This document shows positions 51,293-59,799 of a stretch of 64,000 nt of DNA, piece after piece. The DNA is from Alphaproteobacteria bacterium (lineage in GTDB: Bacteria > Pseudomonadota > Alphaproteobacteria > UBA6615): NCBI GenBank assembly GCA_021774445.1, contig JAJFJA010000074.1, forward strand, positions 23,387 to 87,386, given 5' to 3'. The position numbers were made by a program, and so were the translations under genes. Every line of letters begins with the position of its first letter. Position 1 is the first letter of the stretch. Below the pieces are notes generated by a model. It was not told the DNA's origin and did not search any database. It worked only from the letters and a program-made list of their open reading frames with translations.

Positions 51293-51304
51293 TGCACCGC
51301 ACCA
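51293..51304. promoter_or_regulatory. PhaR-box-like site upstream of etfB
   Basis: TGCACCGCACCA fits TGCRNYGCASMA, 35 nt upstream of the etfB start. Confidence 0.5.
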
Positions 51305-51355
51305 TATCGCTTATCCTTAGAGTGCTGTCAAACATCGGTCTCTGTTCGGTAAGAT

Positions 51356-51928
51356 TTAGTCAATATTTGCGCCGGGTTGCCATAGAACATCGGCCTTGCC
51401 GCCGTCGTTGAGGTGACGCGCCAAGACGAACAAGTGGTCGGAAAGGCGGTTGGCGTATTGCAGCGCAAATGGATTGATTTCGGCAACCGTTGCGAGGTGA
51501 GAAATCAGCCGTTCGGCCCGGCGGGTCACCGTGCGGGCGAGGTGGAGATAGGCGGCAGCGGCGCTGCCGCCGGGCAAGACGAAGGATTGTAGCGGCGCCA
51601 AGGGCTCGTTGAGGGCATCGATTTCTTGCTCGAGGCGGCCGATCTGGGCGGCGGTGATCCGTAGGGCGCCAGATTTGCGCTCCTGGTCGTGGGGGGTGCA
51701 GAGATCGGCGCCGAGATCGAACAAGTCGTTTTGAATACGCGCCAGCATGGCATCTTCTGCGGCCGTTTCGGCGGTGTGGAGCCGGACGATGCCGATGGCG
51801 CTGTTCGCTTCATCGACGGTGCCGAAGGCGGCAACGCGCAGGTCATGCTTGGGTACCCGGCGACCACTGCCCAAAGAGGTCTCGCCGCGGTCGCCGCCGC
51901 GGGTGTAGATGCGGGTGAGTTGAACCAT
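51356..51928 (-). CDS. pduO: ATP:cob(I)alamin adenosyltransferase, PduO type
   Basis: IYTRGGD.GET, GTVDEANS, QNDLFDLGADL, FVLPGG, RRAER and NRLSD.LF. Confidence 0.95.
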   Translation of the reverse strand: MVQLTRIYTRGGDRGETSLGSGRRVPKHDLRVAAFGTVDEANSAIGIVRLHTAETAAEDAMLARIQNDLFDLGADLCTPHDQERKSGALRITAAQIGRLEQEIDALNEPLAPLQSFVLPGGSAAAAYLHLARTVTRRAERLISHLATVAEINPFALQYANRLSDHLFVLARHLNDGGKADVLWQPGANID

Positions 51929-51945
51929 GACGCCTCGTTTGGGAG

Positions 51946-52143
51946 TTAACCCCGGCTGCTGAGAATGAGCAGGACGAACAATATAACGGCGATCAATTGC
52001 AGAGCGACACGGACCCGCATCAACTTGTTGCCGAAACGCTGATTGACCTCGCCGCCCTTGGCCATCACGACGACCCCCGCCAACAGGGTCAGGAGTACGG
52101 CGGCCAAGGCCACGGCCACGAGGATGGGCAGCAGAGTGTCCAT
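51946..52143 (-). CDS. Twin transmembrane helix small protein (HIG1 family)
   Basis: MDTLLPIL...GVVVMAKGG...NKLMRVRVALQ; usual position upstream of pduO. Confidence 0.88.
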   Translation of the reverse strand: MDTLLPILVAVALAAVLLTLLAGVVVMAKGGEVNQRFGNKLMRVRVALQLIAVILFVLLILSSRG

Positions 52144-52196
52144 GGGGAAGGTATAAACCGCCGTGGCGGCGGTGGCGAGTGCGGCATGCCGCGCGG

Positions 52197-52592
52197 TCAG
52201 TCGGGCAGATTCACCGGGAGGGCGCGGGCCGCCGGAAGGGGCTCGGATACCAATGGCGAGAGGGTCCGGGCGAGGTGACAGAGCACGCCATGGCGATAGA
52301 GTGTGGCGACGGCGGCCCAGGCGTAGTGAATGTCGCATCCGGTACCGCAATGCATGCGGATCCGGGGATCGCTGACATGTTCGGTCAGTCGTGCGGCGAT
52401 ATCGGCGCCGGCGCCGACATAAAGCCAGCGGCGGCCGCCGCCATTGTCCTGCCAGATGAGATAGACCCCACTGACACCGCGGGCGGCGTTGGGGTCGAGG
52501 CCGGTGGCGCTGCTGCGCGACCAGCTTAACCATTGTGCGGGTTGGCCGGGCTGATCCGGCCTGGCCTGGAGATCGGCGTCGGTGATGGTCAT
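52197..52592 (-). CDS. Small GIY-YIG-like protein
   Basis: GVYLIW...LYVG..DIAARLTEH pattern; C-terminal PVNLP. Confidence 0.65.
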   Translation of the reverse strand: MTITDADLQARPDQPGQPAQWLSWSRSSATGLDPNAARGVSGVYLIWQDNGGGRRWLYVGAGADIAARLTEHVSDPRIRMHCGTGCDIHYAWAAVATLYRHGVLCHLARTLSPLVSEPLPAARALPVNLPD

Positions 52593-52682
52593 GGTGGACG
52601 GCTACCTGCCTTTTTGACCCCACCAGTTTCCGACTGCGACCTTGATTAAGCGTTAAACCGCCGCCGGTTTTCGACCGAAACC

Positions 52683-53747
52683 CTATCGCCGCCGCCGTTT
52701 TTGCGCCTGGACGGATTTGTGGTATTTGCCAATGTCGCGGGCGCGCTTGCGACGCTCGGCGGTGGTGCCGCTGTTGCGGCTCTGTTCGGCCTGAAGCTTG
52801 CGATAGCTGTCGAGGCGCCTTTGGTCCAGCTGGCCATTGGCCAAGGCCGCCGCGACCGCGCAGCCGGGCTCGTCTTGGTGGCCGCAATCGGCGAATCGGC
52901 ACGCGGTGGCGAGATCGTCGATCTCCGCGAAGACGTCGGCCAGGCCGGCCTGCATATCGGCCAAACCGAGTTCACGCATGCCGGGGGTGTCGATGACCCA
53001 GCCGCCACTGGGTAGGCGATGGAGCGAACGGCCGGTGGTGGTGTGTCGGCCCTTGGCGTCATCCTCCCGGATAGACCGCGTACGCTGCCCATCGTCGCCG
53101 CGGAGGGTGTTTACCAAGGTGGATTTGCCGGTGCCGGAAGAACCGACCAGAGCGACCGTCTGACCCTGGCCGCACCAGTCTAGTAGAGGGGCGACACTGG
53201 CGTGATCGGTGGCATTGACACATTCGACGAGCAAGGCGGGCATCAACGACCCCGCCTGTTGGCGAAACGGCCCGGGGTCATCGACGAGGTCGGCCTTGGT
53301 GAGGACGACGATTGGATAACAGCCGGCGTCAGAGGCGAGAGCGAGATAGCGCTCGAGCCGCGACAGGTTGAAATCCTCGTTGCAGGAGGAGGTGATGAAC
53401 AAGGTGTCGACGTTGGCGGCGATGGGCTGGACCCGACCGCTGTTGCCGGCGGCCCGGCGCTTGAGCAGGCTGGCGCGGCGCAGGCGGCGCAGCGGGACAT
53501 GGGTTCGGGGGTCGAGAAGCAGCCAATCGCCGACGGTTGGCCGCTCTTCATCGGCATGGTCGAGGAAGGCGGCCGGCAGCGTTATGGCGGTAGGAATAGT
53601 GGCATCCGGGGCGAGGATCCCGAGGCCGCCGCGATGCACCGTGGCGACGCGGACCGGGATGCTGTCGGCGATCTCGGCAATAGAAAGCTGTTGTTGGTAA
53701 AAGGGTGTCCAGCCGAGATCGGCCAAGGTGTTGTTTCGTCCTGTCAT
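52683..53747 (-). CDS. rsgA: Ribosome small subunit-dependent GTPase A (circularly permuted GTPase)
   Basis: PTVGDW, AANVD, TKAD, GSSGTGKSTLVN, GRHTTT, DTPGMR and Zn finger CRFADCGHQDEPGC. Confidence 0.93.
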   Translation of the reverse strand: MTGRNNTLADLGWTPFYQQQLSIAEIADSIPVRVATVHRGGLGILAPDATIPTAITLPAAFLDHADEERPTVGDWLLLDPRTHVPLRRLRRASLLKRRAAGNSGRVQPIAANVDTLFITSSCNEDFNLSRLERYLALASDAGCYPIVVLTKADLVDDPGPFRQQAGSLMPALLVECVNATDHASVAPLLDWCGQGQTVALVGSSGTGKSTLVNTLRGDDGQRTRSIREDDAKGRHTTTGRSLHRLPSGGWVIDTPGMRELGLADMQAGLADVFAEIDDLATACRFADCGHQDEPGCAVAAALANGQLDQRRLDSYRKLQAEQSRNSGTTAERRKRARDIGKYHKSVQAQKRRRR

Positions 53748-53930
53748 TGTCGTTCTTCTCGTCGGGCCGGCAAAGCGGCCTTGCCGCACGCCGGCAGCAT
53801 GGCGCGGGGCGGTCATTGGAATAGAACGGGTGCGGACAGGGCGTTTCAGCCAGCCAAAAACGGCTGGCGCACATCGGGATCGGTTTTCCGGGATCGGCTG
53901 TCGAGCCAATCCAAGGCTAAGGCTGTCGCC

Positions 53931-53987
53931 TCAACCGATGGCGTGCGTAATGGCGCCCGTCCGGCGAGTTGTGCGCATCACAATCAT
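53931..53987 (-). CDS. Putative leader peptide (uORF) of rsgA, MIVMRTTRRTGAITHAIG
   Basis: Perfect SD TAAGGAG (54000-53994) 6 nt before the ATG; 18 codons, with the stop embedded in hairpin-forming sequence. Confidence 0.7.
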   Translation of the reverse strand: MIVMRTTRRTGAITHAIG

Positions 53988-54025
53988 CACGAACTCCTTA
54001 TGCAATCAGTGCGAAACGGAGGTCG

Positions 54026-55036
54026 TTATACCGTCTGCGTCGGCGCTGGGGCAAGCGCTGGCTCCGGTTTTTGGCCGAGGAAACCTTTTGGGACCCGCTT
54101 CACCGTGCCGCCCAATTTCTCGAACCAGTCGAAGATGTCGTCCTCATTCAGGACATGCCGGTACCGGCACAGATAATAATCGAAGAATCCTTCCCGGTGA
54201 TACGCCACGCTCTCGCCGACCGCCTGGTTGCCTTCCAGAAGGAAACGCGCGCGCCATCGCTTGCGGTTTAGGAGTTTGAGAATTCTTGAATCGAGCAAGA
54301 ATTTGTAGAGATACGCATAGATCGAGAGTAACCGTTTCGCTCGGCCCGCCGCCATGCGGTGAAATTCGAATCTTTCCCGATCAATCAAGACTCTGCGGTT
54401 GTGGAGGCTCGCCAAATAAATATGGCTGTAGTTAATGCTTCCGCCGGATTTGGTTACACGCCAGATATTGCGATGGGCCAACTCGGGCGATCGCGTGTGA
54501 TGAATGATCCCGCCGGAAACCACGTAGTCGAACATGTTCGATCTGAAGGGAAGATTGCAGAGATCGCCGATGAAGAACTTTATGCCGCGGTATTCGTCTT
54601 GCTTTGCCAGTTGCAAAACGAAGCTGGAAAAATCAATCGCGTAGATCCGTTTCGGAGACATGCCGAGTAAGATGTTGAGTTCGGTGCCCGCGCCGACGCC
54701 CGCGACCAAGACCGTTTTGCCCTCGATTGCCGAGGCGTCGAGTTCCATGGCCCGCGAAATCGAATGCAGCGTTGCGGGGTCCATCGTCGCCGGCGTCCAT
54801 TCGGGCAATATGGCGTCGTAGGAGGTGCCGTCGCGATCGGTCGTCAGACGAAAGTCCGGAATGCCGCCAATCAACGGATAGCTGTGCGACGGTGAAAGCA
54901 ACATGTCTCCGGCACGAGTCAGTGGGACGATTTCGCCGGTGCTGGCGAGGGTGCCGGGGCAGCACAGCTCATCCAACTCGGTCGCCGGGTTAGGAGATGA
55001 TGCGGCGCTTAGTTCGACGATGGACAAAACCGACAT
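54026..55036 (-). CDS. Class I SAM-dependent methyltransferase with Trm112-like N-terminus
   Basis: LCCP...YPLIGGIPDF, VAGVGAGTE, AIDFS, GDLCNLPF..FDYV.S.GIIHHT; visibly lower GC than its neighbours. Confidence 0.8.
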   Translation of the reverse strand: MSVLSIVELSAASSPNPATELDELCCPGTLASTGEIVPLTRAGDMLLSPSHSYPLIGGIPDFRLTTDRDGTSYDAILPEWTPATMDPATLHSISRAMELDASAIEGKTVLVAGVGAGTELNILLGMSPKRIYAIDFSSFVLQLAKQDEYRGIKFFIGDLCNLPFRSNMFDYVVSGGIIHHTRSPELAHRNIWRVTKSGGSINYSHIYLASLHNRRVLIDRERFEFHRMAAGRAKRLLSIYAYLYKFLLDSRILKLLNRKRWRARFLLEGNQAVGESVAYHREGFFDYYLCRYRHVLNEDDIFDWFEKLGGTVKRVPKGFLGQKPEPALAPAPTQTV

Positions 55037-55111
55037 TCCTCACAGTGTCCAGCGAGGCGGATATTGCCCGAATGTAGACTAGGCAGCAACGGCGGGGTAC
55101 CGCAGCAGAGG

Positions 55112-56005
55112 CTACATGCGGATCGGTTCGGCGTGGGCGGCCAGTTGATCGGCCATGGCGACAACTTCTGCCGAAGACAGACCCTGTTCGCGCAGGGCGC
55201 GCAGGGTCGGCGCGTTCGTGCGCTTGGCCAGACGGGCGCCGCCGGCGTCGGTGAGGAGTGGGTGATGCGTCCAAATCGGGGTCGGCAGATCCAGCAGCGC
55301 TTGCAGCAAGCGGTGGATATGGGTGGCCGGGAGCAGATCCTCGGCCCGGGTCACCAAGGTGACACCTTGCTCGGCATCATCGATGGTGACGGCGAGATGG
55401 TAGCTGGTGCCGATATCCTTGCGGGCGAGGATGGGGTCGCCAAAGATCTCTGGGCTGGCGACATAATCGCCCCTGATCGTGTCATGCCAGATCAGCGGCG
55501 CCGCTATCGGCGCCAAGGCCCGTTCGAGGTCTAAGCGGATGGCGTGGGGGTGGTTGGCAGCGAGGCGGCGCCGGCGCTGCTCGCCGTCGAGGTTGCGGCA
55601 GGTGCCGGGATAGACCGGGCCATCGGGGCCGTGTTGGGTGAGGTGGGGCGCCTGACTGGCGGCCCGGATCTCAGCCTGGATCTCCTTGCGGGTGCAGAAA
55701 CAGGGATACAGCACACCGGCGGCGTCGAGACGGTCGAGGGCCGCGCGGTAGTGGGCGAGGCGGTCGGATTGGCGCAGAACGGGCTGCTGCCAAGTGATGC
55801 CGAGCCAGCCGAGGTCGTCGAGGATGGCGGTTTCGAATTCGGGCCGGCAGCGGGTGCCGTCGATGTCTTCGATGCGGAGCAGAAAGCGCCCGCCTTCGGC
55901 CTGCGCGAGACGCCAGGCAAACAATGCCGAATAGGCGTGGCCGAGGTGGAGGTGGCCGGTGGGGCTGGGGGCGAATCGCGTAACGATGCTGGGTTCAGGA
56001 GGCAT
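55112..56005 (-). CDS. gluQ: Glutamyl-Q tRNA(Asp) synthetase
   Basis: TRFAPSPTG.LHLGH, LRIEDID, YPCFCTR, YPGTCR, YHLAV..DD and RLAKR; no anticodon-binding domain. Confidence 0.93.
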   Translation of the reverse strand: MPPEPSIVTRFAPSPTGHLHLGHAYSALFAWRLAQAEGGRFLLRIEDIDGTRCRPEFETAILDDLGWLGITWQQPVLRQSDRLAHYRAALDRLDAAGVLYPCFCTRKEIQAEIRAASQAPHLTQHGPDGPVYPGTCRNLDGEQRRRRLAANHPHAIRLDLERALAPIAAPLIWHDTIRGDYVASPEIFGDPILARKDIGTSYHLAVTIDDAEQGVTLVTRAEDLLPATHIHRLLQALLDLPTPIWTHHPLLTDAGGARLAKRTNAPTLRALREQGLSSAEVVAMADQLAAHAEPIRM

Positions 56006-56105
56006 AACGGAATTAAGTGACTTGGGGCCGGTGATCGTTATGAATATAGGGCCAAGGGATGAGAGGCCAAACTCTCGCGGCCCGGCAGGATGAGAATGGA
56101 GCGGC

Positions 56106-56810
56106 GTGGTGAATGATTCGTTACGATCAAAAGACGCTGGACGATCGGCAAACGCCGCGGCTCCCCTAAGCGGGCCGAGTCGTGCCCCACAAAGTGGGCA
56201 GCCGGCGAAACAATTAGTTATTCTGCTGCACGGTTTGGGCGCGGACGGAAACGACCTGATCGGCCTGGCGCCGGGTTGGGCGGGGGTTTTGCCGGAGGCG
56301 GTGTTCGTGGCGCCGGATGCCCCTTTCCCCTGCGACATGGGACCCTTCGGGCGGCAATGGTTCAGTCTGCAGGATTTCTCGGAGGCCCGGATCGCTGCCG
56401 GCGCGCGGGCCGCGGCGGTGCCGCTCAACGCCTTTATCGACGGGGAATTGCAGCGGCTCGGTTTGCATGACGACCGGCTCGTCCTGGTGGGCTTCTCCCA
56501 GGGCTGCATGATGGCGCTGCATGTGGCGCTGCGCCGCCCGAATGCCTGTGCGGGGGTGGTTGGCTATTCGGGGATGTTGGTGGATGGCGGCAGCCTGGCG
56601 ACGGAATTAACGGCGCGGCCACCGGTGCTGCTGGTCCATGGCGACGCCGATCCGGTGGTGCCGCCGGCTTGTCTGCCGGCGGCGGAAGCGGCGCTGAAGG
56701 CGCTGGACGTGCCGGTTTCAGCGCATTTGCGGCCGGGATTGGCGCATGGCATCGACCCGCAGGGCATGGCGTTGGGGGGCGATTTTCTGCGACAGGTTCT
56801 TGCCTGTTGA
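56106..56810 (+). CDS. Phospholipase/carboxylesterase (alpha/beta hydrolase)
   Basis: LHGLGADG.DL, QWF, GFSQG, HGDADPVVP and HGI; exact start uncertain. Confidence 0.9.
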   Translation: MVNDSLRSKDAGRSANAAAPLSGPSRAPQSGQPAKQLVILLHGLGADGNDLIGLAPGWAGVLPEAVFVAPDAPFPCDMGPFGRQWFSLQDFSEARIAAGARAAAVPLNAFIDGELQRLGLHDDRLVLVGFSQGCMMALHVALRRPNACAGVVGYSGMLVDGGSLATELTARPPVLLVHGDADPVVPPACLPAAEAALKALDVPVSAHLRPGLAHGIDPQGMALGGDFLRQVLAC

Positions 56811-56948
56811 GGCTTGGTTTTGGCGGTTCGGGGCGATAAAGGGCGGCAAATTCGCTGTAATATTCCCGCAACACATTGTGAATCCCAAACTTTTTGTTTT
56901 GGAGAGACATTTCTTCTACACTCCCCTGCAGTGGAAAGGAGAGATACC

Positions 56949-57512
56949 GTGGCGGTTGCGCTCCGGGACAGTCCGGCCCTGGTCCTGAATGCGGATTTTC
57001 GGCCGCTAAGCTACTTTCCGCTTTCTGTCTGGCCCTGGCAGGAAGCGATAAAGGCGGCTGTGCTCGAACGGGTCAATATCGTAGCTGTCTACGACCGGGT
57101 GGTGCGGTCGCCCTCGGTGGAGTACCCGCTGCCCAGCGTAATCTCGCTAAAAGAGTATGTCGCGCCGACAGTGCGGCCGGCCTTCACCCGCTTCAACGTG
57201 TTCCTGCGCGATAAATTCTCGTGTCTGTATTGCGGCGGACGTTTCGTGGCGAACGACCTGACCTTCGAGCATGTTTTCCCGCGCAGCCGCGGCGGGCGGA
57301 CAACTTGGCTCAACGTGGTCACGGCGTGCGGCGACTGCAATCTGCGCAAGGCGAATCGAACGCCCAGAGAGGCCGGGATGCGCCTGATGCGCGAGCCCCG
57401 TGAGCCGGGCAATTGGGAGCTGCAGGAGAACGGCCGCGGCTTTCCGCCGAACTTTCTGCATGAAAGCTGGCGCGACTTTCTCTACTGGGATTCGGAGTTG
57501 GAGCCGACCTAA
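56949..57512 (+). CDS. HNH endonuclease (conserved alphaproteobacterial McrA-like family)
   Basis: SD aaagga. ALVLNADFRPLSY, FTRFNVFLRD..CLYCG, TFEHV.PRSRGG..W.N..AC..CN.RK and HESWRDFLYWD. Confidence 0.92.
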   Translation: MAVALRDSPALVLNADFRPLSYFPLSVWPWQEAIKAAVLERVNIVAVYDRVVRSPSVEYPLPSVISLKEYVAPTVRPAFTRFNVFLRDKFSCLYCGGRFVANDLTFEHVFPRSRGGRTTWLNVVTACGDCNLRKANRTPREAGMRLMREPREPGNWELQENGRGFPPNFLHESWRDFLYWDSELEPT

Positions 57513-57577
57513 GGCCGATCTCGTTCGACGGCGGCCAGGCTTGCGGCGGATACCACCGGCATTTCGACCGGTGGTTC

Positions 57578-58171
57578 TCAAACTCTGGTCGAGAGCCAAA
57601 TAGCCAGGCGGGTGCCGTCCTTGATGGCGCGGCTGAGCAGCGGGTAGCCCGGTGCTGCCTCCGCATCATGGGCGAGGCCGGTGTCGCGGTGCGCCAATTC
57701 GTCACGGCGAAAGCGGCGGATGGTGTCCTTGAGATCGTCCTCATCCCGGCCGAGCTTGGCTTCCTGTCCGGCATAGTGATCGCTGATGACCTCCTCGACC
57801 GCGACGGTGCAGGCCATGGCGGCTTTCTCGCCGAGCAAGGCGGTGCCGGCGCCGAGGGCGAAGCCGGCCAGATGCCAGAGCGGGGTCAAGACGGTGGGGC
57901 GGACGCGGCGCTCGACGATCAGCTTGTTGAAGGTCTCGAGATGGTGCTGCTCCTGTTCGGCCATCTCGCGGATGGCGGTGCCGACGGGGCGGTCGCCAAG
58001 CACGGCAAGCTGGCCTTCGTAAATCCGCTTGGCGCCATATTCGCCGGCCTGGTCGACGCGGATCATCTGGCCGATCAGAGTTTCGCGATCGGGGTCGCCG
58101 GGCAGGCGATCCTGCGCCGTCAGGGTCGGGCCGGATCGGTCCCGAGGTTGATCGTCAGGCGGTTGCGACAT
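57578..58171 (-). CDS. coq7: Demethoxyubiquinone hydroxylase (Coq7)
   Basis: MIRVDQAGEYGA.RIY.GQ, EQHH, AMACTVAVEEVI..HY..Q and DELAH di-iron motifs. Confidence 0.93.
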   Translation of the reverse strand: MSQPPDDQPRDRSGPTLTAQDRLPGDPDRETLIGQMIRVDQAGEYGAKRIYEGQLAVLGDRPVGTAIREMAEQEQHHLETFNKLIVERRVRPTVLTPLWHLAGFALGAGTALLGEKAAMACTVAVEEVISDHYAGQEAKLGRDEDDLKDTIRRFRRDELAHRDTGLAHDAEAAPGYPLLSRAIKDGTRLAIWLSTRV

Positions 58172-58688
58172 GGCGGACTCCGAGAAAGCGGCGCGCGGCG
58201 ACAAGCGCGGCGACGGCGAAGGTCACCGAGGCCAGAAAATTGTAGCCGGCCATGGAGATACCGAACAAGGACCAGGGTACCTCGTCGCAGCGCACGACCG
58301 GGGTGGCCAGGAGCTGGGCCTTGAATTCCTCGAAGCTGAGGCTGGGGTCGATGTTGCCGCCACAACCGGACAGGCCCTGCCACCAATGCTGTTCGACGCC
58401 GACGTGAAACAGAGCGACCGCGGCGCCGCCGGCAAAGGCCAGGCTGCAAAGGCCGACGGCGATGGCCAAGCCGCGCCGGCCCAGGGTGCCGGCAAGGGGC
58501 AGGGCAATGACCGACAGGGCGATGGTCACGGCATAGGGGATGCGCTGATAGATACACAGGGCGCAAGGCGCCAGACCGCCGAGATATTGGAAGGCCAAGG
58601 CGCCTCCCAGCATGGCGACACTGGCCAACAGTATCAGGGCCGGGGCGAGCCGCGGGCGCTCAACGAGTCGCGCTTGCATGGTGGTCAT
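58155..58688 (-). CDS. dsbB: Disulfide bond formation protein DsbB family
   Basis: PCALCIYQR, HVGVE..WW.G..C, VRCD and SMAGYN. Confidence 0.9.
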   Translation of the reverse strand: MTTMQARLVERPRLAPALILLASVAMLGGALAFQYLGGLAPCALCIYQRIPYAVTIALSVIALPLAGTLGRRGLAIAVGLCSLAFAGGAAVALFHVGVEQHWWQGLSGCGGNIDPSLSFEEFKAQLLATPVVRCDEVPWSLFGISMAGYNFLASVTFAVAALVAARRFLGVRHVATA

Positions 58689-58755
58689 TTAGGTGCCGGA
58701 CCGTGGGCTTGACAAGGGCCTGCGGCATTGTGCGCCGGTCGCGGGCGCGGCCGGT

Positions 58756-59343
58756 CTAGAAGACGTAGCGCAAGGCAATGAAACCGCCGAATAGCATGAT
58801 GAAGAAGACAATCGTCAGCTTGCCCAGGTGGCGCTCGATGAAGCGCCGGATGGGCTCGCCGAAATACCACAGCAAGCCGGCGACGAGGAAAAATCGGACG
58901 CCGCGGGACAGCAACGACGCGATGCCGAACTGGAAGATATCAAGCTGGGTGACGCCGCTGGCGATGGTGATGACCTTATAGGGGAAGGGGGTGACGCCGA
59001 AGAAAGCGACGATCCAAGCGCCCCAGCGGTTATAGGCCTCGGCGAATTCGAGGAATTTGTCGGTGTAGTGATAGAAGTCGAGGATCGGCTGGCCGACGGT
59101 GTCGAACAGGGCGAAGCCGATGCCATAACCGGCGAAACCGCCGAGGACAGAAGCCACGGTGCAGACGCCGGCAAACAGCCATGCCTTGTGGCGGGCGGCG
59201 AGCACCATGGGGATCAGCATGACATCCGGAGGCACCGCGAAGACCGAGCTTTCGGCGAAGGCAACGGCCGCCAAGGCCCACAACGCCCAGGGGCGGCCGG
59301 CGAGGCCCATGGTCCAGTCGTAAAGCGAGCGCAGGATGGCCAA
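58756..59343 (-). CDS. YqaA/DedA (VTT) family membrane protein
   Basis: LRSLYDW, FAESS.F..PPD..LIPM, SVLGG..GY, TPFPYKV.TIASG and RG.RFF; TTG start inferred. Confidence 0.9.
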   Translation of the reverse strand: MAILRSLYDWTMGLAGRPWALWALAAVAFAESSVFAVPPDVMLIPMVLAARHKAWLFAGVCTVASVLGGFAGYGIGFALFDTVGQPILDFYHYTDKFLEFAEAYNRWGAWIVAFFGVTPFPYKVITIASGVTQLDIFQFGIASLLSRGVRFFLVAGLLWYFGEPIRRFIERHLGKLTIVFFIMLFGGFIALRYVF

Positions 59344-59527
59344 TGTGCCGGGAGCCTTGGTCAGCGGGGATCGTGGAAATCCGGGCAATAACAGGTGTTG
59401 CGGATGCTGGCAATCGGCCGGATGGGATAGCGGCCGCCGCGCCGCGTTGCTAGGAGGTTGACCGGCGTCCCGAAAGACGCTCTTTTACCGGCGGCCGGCC
59501 AGCGGAAAAACGGGTCGCGGCGGTCAA

Positions 59528-59614
59528 GCGGGTGTGGCGGAATTGGTAGACGCGCCAGACTCAAAATCTGGTTTCCGCAAGGAAGTGGGAGTTCGAGTCT
59601 CCCCACCCGCACCA
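59528..59614 (+). tRNA. tRNA-Leu (CAA)
   Basis: GCGGGTG acceptor stem, D-loop GGAATTGGTAGAC, anticodon arm CCAGA-CTCAAAA-TCTGG, long variable arm, GTTCGAG T-loop and encoded CCA. Confidence 0.97.
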
Positions 59615-59799
59615 GTCAGATCAAAGGGTGGCTCCGCCTTATCGGCGGCCAGATGGGCACGCGATTGGCTCGATCACTGTCGCTAATGGTCAAGCGCCAT
59701 AACTAATGATTAATCAGATCATGGTAACGCGAGCGGCCTGCTTAAGTAAGGTTACTCCTAGCGATGGCCGGGGTCGCCGACAGGACACGGAAGACAGCG

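Noticed and set aside
56949-57512. HNH nuclease as a defence or mobile system
   Set aside because: It belongs to a conserved chromosomal family normally found beside gluQ and the esterase; no methylase, cas gene or repeats are nearby.
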